A stretch of DNA of 64,000 nucleotides, taken from NCBI GenBank assembly GCA_044222185.1, contig JBGANV010000003.1:64001-128000 (forward strand), read 5' to 3'. A program made the translations under genes and the position numbers. Shown one piece after another: positions 54,973-64,000 of the stretch (positions are counted from its first letter, which is position 1; every line of letters begins with the position of its first letter). The DNA comes from Planctomycetota bacterium. GTDB lineage: Bacteria; Planctomycetota; GCA-002687715; CAIWVZ01. A model generated the notes under the pieces. That model was not told the DNA's origin. It searched no databases and worked only from the letters and a program-made list of their open reading frames with translations.

Positions 54973-56499
54973 ATGCGCTTCTATCTGACGACGGCGATCG
55001 ACTACGTGAACAGCCGGCCGCACCTGGGTACGGCCTACGAGAAGATCACCGCCGACGTGATCGCTCGATACCACAGGGCCCGCGGCCACGACGTCCAGTT
55101 CCTCATGGGGAACGACGAGCACAGCCTGAAGATCGAGCGGGCCGCGCGGGAGAAGGGGCTGGACCCGCTGGCCTACTGCGACGAGATGGAGCGGATCTTC
55201 CGCGACGTCTGGGACGCCCTCGGGTGCTCCTACGACGTCTTCATCCGCACGACGGAGCCGCGCCACAAGAAGGCCGTGCAGGAGATCGTCCGCCGGATCC
55301 ACGCGAAGGGCGATCTCCACCAGGGCAGTTACGAGGGCTGGTACTGCACGGGCTGCGAAGCGTTCAAGAAGGCCGAGGAACTCGTCGACGGCAAGTGCCC
55401 CGAACACCTGAAGCAGGACCCGACCTGGCTCGAGGAGAAGAACTGGTTCTTCCGCCTGTCGAAGTACCGAGACCCGCTTCTCCGCCACTACGCGGAGAAC
55501 CCGGGGTTCGTTCAGCCCGAGTTCCGGAAGAACGAGTTGCTCTCGCTCCTCGAACAGGGACTGCAGGACATTTCCATCTCGCGTCAGTCGGTGGCTTGGG
55601 GCGTCACGTTCCCGTTCGACGAAACGGCGAAGGTCTACGTGTGGTTCGACGCGCTGATCAACTACGTCACGGGCGCAGGCTTCCCCGATGACGCGGCCGC
55701 GTTCGCCAAGTGGTGGCCGGCCGACGTGCACGTCGTCGGAAAGGACATCACCCGCTTCCACTGCGTGATCTGGCCGGCCATGCTGATGTCCGCCGGCCTC
55801 CCGCTCCCCCGCCAGATCTTCGGCCACGGCTACGTGAACCTGGGCGGCGATCGCATGAGCAAGAGCGCCGGTACGAGCGTGGATCCCAAGGCAATCGCGG
55901 CGAAATACACGGCGGATGCTCTCCGCTACTACCTCTGTCGCGAGGCGCAGTACGGAAACGACCTGGAGTACACGGAGGAACGTCTGAAGATCCGAGCGAA
56001 CACCGACCTCGCGAACGGCTTGGGGAATCTCCTCAGCCGCGTCGTATCCATGACGCACAAGTACCAGGGCGGGCACGTCCGCGGGGACCTGTCCGCGTCG
56101 GCGATCGTTCACGACGCGAAGTCGTCGGTGTCGCGCTGCCTCGCCGCCATGGACGAATTGGATCTGCAGGGAGCCGCGTCGGCCGCCATGACGATCGTCG
56201 AGCGCGCCAACAACTGGGTCGACGTCCGCGCCCCGTGGGCCCTCTTCAAGGACAAGTCGAAGGCCGCGGAGCTCGACGTGGTGCTCACCGAGCTGGCGAC
56301 GCTCACGCTGATCGCAGGAACGCTCCTCTACCCGTTCATGCCAGTGAAGATGGCCGAGCTGGTGCGACGATTGACGGGGCAGACCATCGACCCGCACGCC
56401 GCGCTCACGGACCCGGCGGCACTGCGGATCCCACCCGAGCGACAGCTCGAGATGGGCCCGCCACTCTTCCCGCGGATGGATGACTCGGCCGCCACGTGA
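54973..56499 (+). CDS. metG: Methionine--tRNA ligase (short form, one Zn knuckle)
   Basis: FYLTTAIDYVN..PHLG, G.DEH..KI, FIRTT, YEGWYC..CE, YVWFDAL.NY, GKDI.RFH...WPA.L, RMSKS, LANGLGNL..R. Confidence 0.96.
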   Translation: MRFYLTTAIDYVNSRPHLGTAYEKITADVIARYHRARGHDVQFLMGNDEHSLKIERAAREKGLDPLAYCDEMERIFRDVWDALGCSYDVFIRTTEPRHKKAVQEIVRRIHAKGDLHQGSYEGWYCTGCEAFKKAEELVDGKCPEHLKQDPTWLEEKNWFFRLSKYRDPLLRHYAENPGFVQPEFRKNELLSLLEQGLQDISISRQSVAWGVTFPFDETAKVYVWFDALINYVTGAGFPDDAAAFAKWWPADVHVVGKDITRFHCVIWPAMLMSAGLPLPRQIFGHGYVNLGGDRMSKSAGTSVDPKAIAAKYTADALRYYLCREAQYGNDLEYTEERLKIRANTDLANGLGNLLSRVVSMTHKYQGGHVRGDLSASAIVHDAKSSVSRCLAAMDELDLQGAASAAMTIVERANNWVDVRAPWALFKDKSKAAELDVVLTELATLTLIAGTLLYPFMPVKMAELVRRLTGQTIDPHAALTDPAALRIPPERQLEMGPPLFPRMDDSAAT

Positions 56500-58553
56500 G
56501 GCTTCCACGCGGCATCTTCGTCAAGCTGGTGGGGGTGTTCCTCCTCGTGGGGCTCGTCCCGTTCCTCGGAATCGAGGTGTGGGCGTACCTCCAAGCCCGA
56601 AACCAGCTGACGAAGAACGTCGTCGAATCCTGGCTCACGCGACTCGCCCGGGAGACGGCGGCGCAGGTCGACCGCGAGGTCGAAGCCATGCGATCGACCG
56701 TCCTCGCGTGGTCGCAGGAAGAGGCGCTCGTCACGGACGCGATGATGCTCGCCGGCGGCGGTGCGCCGTGGGCCGGCCCCGCCGACCGCCTGAATGCGGC
56801 GCTCGCGCTGCGCGCGGGGACCCTCGGAAACGTGGCGCTGGCGACCGTCGTCGACGGCGAGGGACGACTCCTCGCCGCGGGGCGCTCCGACCGGTCGAAG
56901 CCCGCGACCCAGATCACGGCGCGCCTGCTCTCGGAGATCATCCCCGATCCGGGTGGGCGCGCGTGGATCGAGCGCGCCGCCACCCGGACCGGGAGCGACA
57001 CGCCCCAGATCTTCAGCACCGGGTGGCACCGCTCGCCGCTGGTGGCCGCGCTCGGAGACCCGGACGAAGCGGCGAGCTACCAGGTGGGGTTCGCGGCCCG
57101 GCTGGCGCCGCCGGGCGACGGCGAGAACAAGAACCGGCGTGAGTCAGCACTCGTCGTCTTCTTCCGCTTCGAGACGATCCAGAGCGCACTCGATCGCGTG
57201 AAGCAGAGGTTCACGGACTGGGAGGACTCGCGGAAGCCCGAGCAGAGCCGATACTCCAGCGGCTATGCCTTCATGTTCGATTCCGACGCAGACACCGTCA
57301 TCGCCCACGTGAACCGCCAGCACTACGGGACGTCCCTCGTCCGCGACCACCATCAGCCTGAATTCCACCAGGCGATGATCGATCAGCGCTTCGGATCCAT
57401 CCACTACGAGTACCCGCCGGGAACTCCGAAGATCACGGGGTTCGCCCACTGCGCCGAGGCCGCGGACGGCGGATTCGGCTGGATCGTGGGTGTCGGGGTG
57501 AGCCAGAAAGACGTCTTCGCGGACCTCACGCGCTTCCAGGAACTCCTCGGCGTCGCGGCCCTCATCCTCGCGGGAGCCGTCGTCGTGACGGCGGCGCTCA
57601 TCTCCGCTCGCATCACGCGCCCCCTCACGCGCCTCGTGGTACTGACCGAGCAGGTGGCGCGAGGAAACCTGGACGCCCAGGTGCAGGTCACGACGCGCGA
57701 CGAGATCGCCGTGCTCGCCGACGCGTTCAACAAGATGGCCGCGGACCTGAAGGCGTCGAACCATCGGCTGATCCAGGCCGAGAAGGACGCGGCGTGGCGC
57801 GAGATGGCTCGCCAGGTCGCGCACGAGATCAAGAATCCGCTGACGCCGATCATGCTGTCGGCCCAGCAGGTGCAGCGGGCTCACATGGATCGCCACCCTC
57901 ACTTCGATGCGATCCTCGCCGACTCGGTCCAGAGCATCATCGAGCAATGCGAATCGCTGAAGCGGATCGCACAGAACTTCGCGAGCTATGCCGCGTTCCC
58001 GCGCCCCACGCTGGAGTGGCAGGTTGCATCCAAACTCGTCGCGAAGTGCGTCGCACAGTTCGTCCCGTTGCTCGAGGGCAAGGCTCGCATCGTCACGGAG
58101 ATGGACTGTCCGGACGACGTCGTCGTGAAGGCCGACCTGGACGCCATGCGGCGCGTGTTCCTGAACCTCGTCAACAATGCCATCGAGGCGATGGCGGAAC
58201 GGCCCGAGCCCGTGCTGACGATCGCGGTCACGGTAGGCGCCGGTGATGCAGGTGAGGTCGCGCGCATCCGCGTGACGGACAACGGCCGCGGAATCTCGCC
58301 GAGCGACATGCGCCGCCTCTTCGAGCCCTACTTCTCGACGCGAAGCAGCGGTACGGGACTCGGGCTCGCGATCTGCCGGAAGATCGTCAACGAGCACGCG
58401 GGATCGATCGCAGTGCAGTCGGAACTCGGAGCGGGAACGACGTTCACGATCACGTTGCCCGTACGGCGCGGCGACGCGCGCGCGATCGCAGCATCCGACG
58501 ACGCGTTCTCCGAGACCCGAACCATGCCGCACGCGCGGCCGGACGCGCCATGA
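56496..58553 (+). CDS. Sensor histidine kinase (Cache-like periplasmic domain, HAMP, HisKA, HATPase; NtrY-like)
   Basis: Two TMs, HAMP (DEIAVLADAFN.M), AWREMARQVAHEIKNPLTP, NLVNNA, DNGRG, FEPYFST, GTGLGL. Confidence 0.92.
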   Translation: MRLPRGIFVKLVGVFLLVGLVPFLGIEVWAYLQARNQLTKNVVESWLTRLARETAAQVDREVEAMRSTVLAWSQEEALVTDAMMLAGGGAPWAGPADRLNAALALRAGTLGNVALATVVDGEGRLLAAGRSDRSKPATQITARLLSEIIPDPGGRAWIERAATRTGSDTPQIFSTGWHRSPLVAALGDPDEAASYQVGFAARLAPPGDGENKNRRESALVVFFRFETIQSALDRVKQRFTDWEDSRKPEQSRYSSGYAFMFDSDADTVIAHVNRQHYGTSLVRDHHQPEFHQAMIDQRFGSIHYEYPPGTPKITGFAHCAEAADGGFGWIVGVGVSQKDVFADLTRFQELLGVAALILAGAVVVTAALISARITRPLTRLVVLTEQVARGNLDAQVQVTTRDEIAVLADAFNKMAADLKASNHRLIQAEKDAAWREMARQVAHEIKNPLTPIMLSAQQVQRAHMDRHPHFDAILADSVQSIIEQCESLKRIAQNFASYAAFPRPTLEWQVASKLVAKCVAQFVPLLEGKARIVTEMDCPDDVVVKADLDAMRRVFLNLVNNAIEAMAERPEPVLTIAVTVGAGDAGEVARIRVTDNGRGISPSDMRRLFEPYFSTRSSGTGLGLAICRKIVNEHAGSIAVQSELGAGTTFTITLPVRRGDARAIAASDDAFSETRTMPHARPDAP

Positions 58554-59197
58554 CCCGTCCCATACTCGTCCTCGTTCCGACCCCCCGCGAGCGCGACGCC
58601 CTGACGTCTTCGCTCCAGCACCTCCGCGTCGACGTCGCCGTCGCCCTCTGCGGCTTCGGCCCGGTCGTCGCCGCCGCCCGCGCGGCTGGGCTCATCGCGC
58701 ATCACCATCCGAGGCTCGTCATGCTCGCGGGGATCGCGGGCACCTATTCACCCTCGGTCGCACCGGTGGGAGCGGCCCTCGAGTTCGGGCGCGTGTTCAT
58801 CGATGGCGTCGGCGCTGGCGAGGGCGAGCACGGGATCGGCCCGAGAGCCATGGGAATTCCCATGTGGAGCGGCGACGGCGCGCTCGAGCCTTCGATCTGG
58901 GACGAGATCTCGTGCGACGCCCCGGACGGCACCGAGCACACGCTGCTGACCGTGTGCGCCGCCTCCGACTCCGCCGCGTGCGCCTCGCGCCGGAGCGCCG
59001 GCCCGCGAAGTCCCGTGGCCGAAGACATGGAGGGATTCGCCGTCGGATGCGCCTGCGCGATCGCCGGCGTCCCGTTCCGCGTCATTCGCGGTATCTCCAA
59101 CGTCGCAGGCGATCGCAGCCGACCGAATTGGCGCATCGACGAGGCGCTTGCCGCTGCAGCCGCTCGCCTCGCACAGGCCCTCGAGCCGCGCCCATGA
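58550..59197 (+). CDS. mqnB: Futalosine hydrolase
   Basis: LVLVPT..E, CGFGPV.AA, GIAG, EDMEGFAV, RGISNVAGDR...W.I..AL. Directly upstream of mqnD. Confidence 0.85.
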   Translation: MTRPILVLVPTPRERDALTSSLQHLRVDVAVALCGFGPVVAAARAAGLIAHHHPRLVMLAGIAGTYSPSVAPVGAALEFGRVFIDGVGAGEGEHGIGPRAMGIPMWSGDGALEPSIWDEISCDAPDGTEHTLLTVCAASDSAACASRRSAGPRSPVAEDMEGFAVGCACAIAGVPFRVIRGISNVAGDRSRPNWRIDEALAAAAARLAQALEPRP

Positions 59198-60036
59198 CGC
59201 GCCACTTCCACATCGGCATCTCGACCTGCCCGAACGACACGTTCGCGTTCCACGCCCTCCTCGAACGGTGCATTCCCACACCGGGGATCGAGCTGACGTT
59301 CGAGTTGCTCGACGTCCAGGAACTGAACGAGCGGCTCGCTCGCGACGACTTCGACGTGGCGAAGGCGTCGTTCCACGCGGCGCTGCACCTGGGCGAGCGC
59401 CGCGTCGTCCTGCCGGTGGGCGCGGCGCTGGGATTCGGCGTGGGTCCGATCCTCTTGTCGCGGATCCCGGGCGACCACCCGTCGATCCCGCGTGCCGACG
59501 GCCGGGCGGCGCGAGTCCTCTGCCCCGGTGCCTGGACGACGGCCACGCTGCTCTATCGCCTCTTCCATGCCGCAGACGGCGCCGTCGATCAGGTCGTGTT
59601 CAGCGCCATCATCCCGGCGCTCCGCCGGGGTGGCGCGGACTTCGGCGTCTGCATCCACGAAGGGCGATTCACGTACCGCGAAGCAGGGTTGCACCTCGTG
59701 GAGGATCTGGGGGCGACCTGGGAGACGCGCACCCGGTCGGCGATTCCCCTCGGATGTCTGCTGGGCCGGAAGGATCTGCGGACGCTCCTGCCCGCGATCG
59801 TGGACGCGATCCGCAGATCCATCGACTACGCGTACGACCACCGCCAGGAGGCGCTGGAGACGATGCGCCGGTACGCGGCTGAGCTCGACGACGCGGCACT
59901 GTGGAAACACGTCGAGCTGTACGTCAACGCGTGGACGCGCGACCTCCGCCCGCAGCGCCGGGCGGTCGACGCGCTGGCCGATGCCGCGCGCGGGATCGGA
60001 ATGACGACGGGTTCGCTCGAGATCCTCGACTGCTGA
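59194..60036 (+). CDS. mqnD: 1,4-dihydroxy-6-naphthoate synthase
   Basis: ISTCPNDTFAFHAL, DVQELN, GAALGFGVGP, PG..TTA.LL, IHEGRFTY, DLG..WE...IPLG, HVELYVN. Confidence 0.93.
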   Translation: MTRHFHIGISTCPNDTFAFHALLERCIPTPGIELTFELLDVQELNERLARDDFDVAKASFHAALHLGERRVVLPVGAALGFGVGPILLSRIPGDHPSIPRADGRAARVLCPGAWTTATLLYRLFHAADGAVDQVVFSAIIPALRRGGADFGVCIHEGRFTYREAGLHLVEDLGATWETRTRSAIPLGCLLGRKDLRTLLPAIVDAIRRSIDYAYDHRQEALETMRRYAAELDDAALWKHVELYVNAWTRDLRPQRRAVDALADAARGIGMTTGSLEILDC

Positions 60037-60190
60037 CCTGCGGGAGCGGCGCCGCGCGGCGCTTCGCGGCCCTGTCGCTACGGGTTCGAGAACGCCATGC
60101 GTTGCGCCACGGGGCCGCGCCCCTGAGCGGTTGGCCGCCGTTTTTCGACGAAAGGGGGAAAATGACGCCGCGAGGTGAGTCTCTCCCTCC

Positions 60191-62311
60191 GTGCTCGCCT
60201 TCTCGATCGCCTTCCTGATCGTCGTCGTCGCACGCACGCCGCTCCCTCCGGTCGGCATCGCCTCGGCGGCAGGGATCGGTGCGGCCCTCGCGGCCCTGGT
60301 GCCGCCGCTACGGATTTCGGATGCGACGAGGGAGCGTTGCGTCGGCGCAAGCCTGGGCGCGGTGGCGGCGCTGCTGCTCCCGGCCGCGGCGCCGCCGCCC
60401 TCACGACCGGCCGTCGACCCATTCGATCCGGGGCAGGTGGTGCGTTGCGAGGGAACGGTCGATTCCGACGGACGCCTCGACCCGATTGGTGCGTCGTTCA
60501 GGCTCACGCAGGGACCGCGTGTACGAGTGCGGAGCATGACGTTCCTGCCGTTGTCCGGAACACGACTCGCCGTGGTGGGGCGGCTCGACGCTTCGGGGCG
60601 TACGCTCTCCGCAGAATCCGCCGAGGCGGTGACGTTCCTCGATCCGCCGCCCGCGCTCTCGCTGCGCACGCTCGCCGCCAATCTGCGCGAGTGGTGTCGC
60701 GGAGCCATTCGTCACGCCTGCGACCCGCCCACAGCAGGCTTCCTGCTGGCCCTCCTGATCGGCGACCCGGGTCTGCCACCCAGCGCCCGCGACGATCTCG
60801 TGAGGACGGGCACGCTCCACCTCATCGCCGTCTCGGGCACGCACCTCAGCCTCTTCCTCGCGGGGCTGCGACTGGTGACGCGGCGAGCGCGGGTGAGCAT
60901 CCCGCTGCTGGTCGCGTACGCGCTCGTCTGCGGGCTCCAGCCGCCAGTCCTCCGCAGCCTCGTGCTGGCGATCGGCCACGTCCTCGGCCGTCGCATGAAC
61001 CGCGCGTCGGATCAGGCGGGCATGCTGCCGTTTTCCGCCTGCGTGGTCCTGGCATTCGACCGTGGCGCGCTGTTCGACGTGGGTTTCCAGCTCTCGTTCG
61101 CCGCCTACGCAGGGCTCGTCTGGTTTCGGCCGCCGAGCAAGGACCCGGACCCGTTCGAGGCGGCACGCCTGCGGTCCTGGCACGGGCGCATGGCGGCGAG
61201 GCTCCGCCCGGCGCTTTGGGCCGGGATCGGTGCCACGCTGCTCACGTCACCCATCTCGGCATCCGGTTTTCACCGCCTCGCGCCCGTGGGGATCCTCGCG
61301 ACGCTGGCACTCTCACCGCTGATCCCCATGCTTCTGTGGCTCGCCGTCGCGATCGTCGTCTTTCCCGACCTGCGCCCACTGTCCATCCTCGCGCGCGCGA
61401 TCGTCGAGGGAGTCTTGTTCGTCGCAGACCTGTGGGCCCGCATCCCGTTCGTGGTGTTCGACGTCCCCAGGCTCGACGCGCGCGCGCTGGGAGTTCTGTG
61501 GTTCTTCGTGATCGTGTTGACCGTCCGGTGGTTCGAGATGTCGCGAGCGACGAAGACCGTCGGATTGCTCGGGATCGTCGCGTGCCTCGCAGCGACGGAC
61601 CGCGCTCCGCCGGGTCTGTACCAACTCGATGCCGGGGCGGGCGCAGCGACACTCCTGGTCGACGACCGGGTCGCGCTCCTCGTGGACACTGGCCCGATCC
61701 GCGCTCACACGGCCGAACAGATCCTCGCGCTCGGCATCGGCCGCATCGACGTTCTGGCTCTCACGCACGGGCACGAGGACCACGTCGGCGGCCTGGCCGA
61801 GGTCACGGGTCGGCTGCGGGTCTTACGGACCCTGGTGACGAGGGCGTCGTCCCGTTGGGCCACTCGGCTGCAGCTGCCGGCAGAGGTCGTGCGGCGCGGC
61901 GACGTGCTGGCGGCTGGCGCGAACACGATCGAGGTGCTCCACCCAACGGACGACTCCGACTTCGGCCCGAACGACGGGTCGCTCGTCCTTCGGCTGTACT
62001 GGTGTGGGCGCCACATCCTTCTCATGGGCGACCTCGAGACGGACGGCCTGCGCAATCTCCTCGAACAGGAACCGCTGGATCCGGTCGACGGGCTCCTTCT
62101 CCCGCACCACGGCTCCGCGAACGACCACCTCGGCGAATTGCTCGCGCGAACACGGCCCGCATGGGTCGTCCTGGCGGCGCGGCCAGGCTTCGCGGCCGAT
62201 AGTACGGGGCTCCTGGTCGAGTGGATCGGCGCGACGCTTCGCGCCACGGCCACGGAGGGAGTGGTGGCGCTTCCGTTCGAGAGGCAGCACGGGCGCCGAA
62301 GGCCGCGCTGA
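60191..62311 (+). CDS. comEC: ComEC/Rec2 competence protein with C-terminal metallo-beta-lactamase domain
   Basis: G..HLIAVSG.H, PVLR, DVGFQLSF, VDTG, THGHEDHVGG, NDGSLV, MGDLE, PHHGS. Confidence 0.88.
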   Translation: MLAFSIAFLIVVVARTPLPPVGIASAAGIGAALAALVPPLRISDATRERCVGASLGAVAALLLPAAAPPPSRPAVDPFDPGQVVRCEGTVDSDGRLDPIGASFRLTQGPRVRVRSMTFLPLSGTRLAVVGRLDASGRTLSAESAEAVTFLDPPPALSLRTLAANLREWCRGAIRHACDPPTAGFLLALLIGDPGLPPSARDDLVRTGTLHLIAVSGTHLSLFLAGLRLVTRRARVSIPLLVAYALVCGLQPPVLRSLVLAIGHVLGRRMNRASDQAGMLPFSACVVLAFDRGALFDVGFQLSFAAYAGLVWFRPPSKDPDPFEAARLRSWHGRMAARLRPALWAGIGATLLTSPISASGFHRLAPVGILATLALSPLIPMLLWLAVAIVVFPDLRPLSILARAIVEGVLFVADLWARIPFVVFDVPRLDARALGVLWFFVIVLTVRWFEMSRATKTVGLLGIVACLAATDRAPPGLYQLDAGAGAATLLVDDRVALLVDTGPIRAHTAEQILALGIGRIDVLALTHGHEDHVGGLAEVTGRLRVLRTLVTRASSRWATRLQLPAEVVRRGDVLAAGANTIEVLHPTDDSDFGPNDGSLVLRLYWCGRHILLMGDLETDGLRNLLEQEPLDPVDGLLLPHHGSANDHLGELLARTRPAWVVLAARPGFAADSTGLLVEWIGATLRATATEGVVALPFERQHGRRRPR

Positions 62312-62320
62312 GGACCGCCC

Positions 62321-62359
62321 GAAACGAAACCGGGGACCAGCCCGTTGGGTTGGTCCCCG
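62321..62359 (-). terminator. Intrinsic terminator of the rplM-rpsI operon (between convergent comEC and rpsI)
   Basis: Stem CGGGGACCA(A/G)CCC...GGG(C/T)TGGTCCCCG followed on the minus strand by GTTTCGTTTC. Confidence 0.75.
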
Positions 62360-62383
62360 TGTCCTGCGCGCGTACGCCTCCGA

Positions 62384-62785
62384 TCAGCGCTTGCTGAACT
62401 GGAACGAACGGCGTGCGCCGGCGCGGCCGTACTTCTTGCGTTCCTTCATGCGCGCATCACGCGTGAGGAAGCCATTCGAGCGGATCACCGGCTCGAGTGC
62501 CGGGTCCAGCTTGACGAGCGCTCGGGCGACGCCCATGGCGATCGCGCCGGACTGCCCCGTGCCGCCACCACCGAGCGCCGAAACGAGGACGTCGTACTTC
62601 GCCGTTCCTTCGATCGCCGCCAGTGGGCCGCGGGCCGTGATCTGCCAGTCGGTGACCGGCAGGAACTCGTTCAGTTCGCGGCCGTTGACCAGGAAGGTCC
62701 CCGTCCCGGGCCGCACGCGCACGCGCGCGACCGACGATTTCCGACGTCCCGTTCCCCAGATGTAGTTCTGCGTCGCTGTTGCCAC
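62384..62785 (-). CDS. rpsI: 30S ribosomal protein S9
   Basis: GTG start after GAAGGA. GTGRRKSSVARV, GGG.TGQSGAI, LTRDARMKERKKYG...ARRSFQFSKR. Confidence 0.97.
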   Translation of the reverse strand: MATATQNYIWGTGRRKSSVARVRVRPGTGTFLVNGRELNEFLPVTDWQITARGPLAAIEGTAKYDVLVSALGGGGTGQSGAIAMGVARALVKLDPALEPVIRSNGFLTRDARMKERKKYGRAGARRSFQFSKR

Positions 62786-62802
62786 GTTTGATTCCTTCGC
62801 AC

Positions 62803-63234
62803 TCAGCCTTTGAACGGCACCGGTTGCTGCGCGCCGTGCGGATGATTGGGCCCGCGATAGACCTTCAGCTTCGTGAAGATGTGACGACCGAGCTTGGTCT
62901 TCGGCAGCATGCGCCGCACCGCCAGCTCGATGATCTCCTCGGGCTTCTCGACGATCATCTCCCGGTAGGGGCGCTCCTTGAGGTTTCCGATGAAGCCGGT
63001 GTGATGGCGGTAGACCTTCGTCTGCGCCTTCTTGCCGGTCACGGTGATCTTCTCGGCGTTGATGACGACGACGAAGTCGCCGGCATCGACGTGGGGCGTG
63101 AAGGTGGGCTTGTGCTTGCCCATCAACATCATGGCGATCTTGGTCGCGAGTCGCCCGAGGACCTGGCCGCTCGCATCCACGAGCTGCCACTGAGCGTTTT
63201 CATGTCCCGGCTTCGCCAGGGTCGTCGTGTTCAT
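62803..63234 (-). CDS. rplM: 50S ribosomal protein L13
   Basis: W.LVDA.G.VLGRLA, GKHKP.FTPHVD.GD.VVV.NA, AVRRMLPK..LGR, L.VY.G..HPH.AQQP. Confidence 0.97.
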   Translation of the reverse strand: MNTTTLAKPGHENAQWQLVDASGQVLGRLATKIAMMLMGKHKPTFTPHVDAGDFVVVINAEKITVTGKKAQTKVYRHHTGFIGNLKERPYREMIVEKPEEIIELAVRRMLPKTKLGRHIFTKLKVYRGPNHPHGAQQPVPFKG

Positions 63235-63343
63235 GTTCCGTATCCGAGGGAGGGCATGACGCCGTCCGAAATGCTGGAACCCGAGGCTCTTCCAAACGAA
63301 AAGGGCATGCCGAGAACATGGCACGCCCGCCGAAAGGGACGAC

Positions 63344-63371
63344 ACTATACCAGCCGACTCCCCCCCATCAA
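63344..63371 (-). promoter_or_regulatory. Putative sigma70 promoter of rplM-rpsI
   Basis: TTGATG-16 bp-TATAGT with extended -10 (TGnTATAGT). Confidence 0.6.
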
Positions 63372-63388
63372 CGGCCGGACCGCGAGCG

Positions 63389-64000
63389 TCATTCGGGGAT
63401 CTCGAAGACGAGGAACGACCCGAGGTCGTTCAGCTGGAAGAGTCCCGCCGGGGAATCGAGGCGCCGGGCGCCTTCCGCCTCCACGAGCAGCCGCCGTCCG
63501 GGCGTGCCCGCCCCCTGGGGCAACGGGCCCGCGAAAGCTCCGATCAGGGCCCTCGGAAGCGCGCCGAATGCCGGGGCGGGCGCCGCCGGATCCAGCGAGA
63601 TTCGCGCACCATCGACGCGGCAGGCATGGGCTCCGCCCCCGTCGATCAGGATCGCGCGTCGGAATGTCGCATGACGGATGCCGAGGACGTCGTCGACCCC
63701 CTCGCGCGTGCGGACGAGGAACCCCCCGCTCCCCTCCGCCTCCAGGCGCAGCGGCGCCGCGTCGACGAGGTCTTCGCGAACGAGGAGCTTGGCGTGGAAC
63801 CGATCCAGGCGGACGTCCTCCAGGCTCGCACCCGCGTCAGCCGTCATGAAGCGTCCGGGAGGGAAACCCGGATCGCGGTAGGCGAGCAGGTTTCGATGCG
63901 CGGGCCAGGGCGTGGACCACGTCTCGCCGCTCATGGACGCATAGCAGCGGAACTGCCGGGCCACGGCGGGCGCGTCGCCCGCGCCGAGGGTCACCACCGT
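63389..64000 (-). CDS. Hypothetical protein, C-terminal part (start outside the window)
   Basis: Open frame from the window edge to the stop at 63389. No recognisable motif. Confidence 0.45.
   Translation of the reverse strand, partial: TVVTLGAGDAPAVARQFRCYASMSGETWSTPWPAHRNLLAYRDPGFPPGRFMTADAGASLEDVRLDRFHAKLLVREDLVDAAPLRLEAEGSGGFLVRTREGVDDVLGIRHATFRRAILIDGGGAHACRVDGARISLDPAAPAPAFGALPRALIGAFAGPLPQGAGTPGRRLLVEAEGARRLDSPAGLFQLNDLGSFLVFEIPE

Overview
GC-rich bacterial DNA, almost entirely protein-coding. Gene content points to an uncultured Planctomycetota/PVC lineage (inference from an OmcB-like Cys-rich lipoprotein, a PilM-PilN fusion, TPR-extended lipoprotein secretins and futalosine-pathway genes). 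Bases 1-27 kb are one co-directional minus-strand envelope/export region. In transcription order it holds pilM(N), a pilO-like gene, an FN3 (PilP-position) gene, secretin A, a giant helical-repeat protein, a Thr-type sulfatase-like/TPR protein, secretin B, HAD, an atypical AsnB-like amidotransferase, a TMTC-like GT-C/TPR protein, two secreted proteins sharing a ~120-aa C-terminal module, two lipoproteins and an OmcB-like protein. The rest holds UDG, a GT2, an ABAB-repeat lipoprotein, two divergent peptide ABC modules with one ATPase pair (split by an inverted GIDE-like gene), an SMR exporter, a second TMTC-like gene, pyruvate kinase, a stand-alone decaheme MtrC/OmcA-type lipoprotein, a Tat-exported His-motif protein, ridA, coaD, metG-HK-mqnB-mqnD, comEC and rplM-rpsI. 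I saw no rRNA, tRNA, CRISPR array or transposase. The best candidate for an undescribed system is the dual-secretin locus with its modification enzymes and shared-CTD cargo candidates. Secondary leads are the orphan decaheme cytochrome, apparent leaderless promoters and a terminator-like hairpin in the rplM leader. All assignments are by eye from motifs; no database searches were run.
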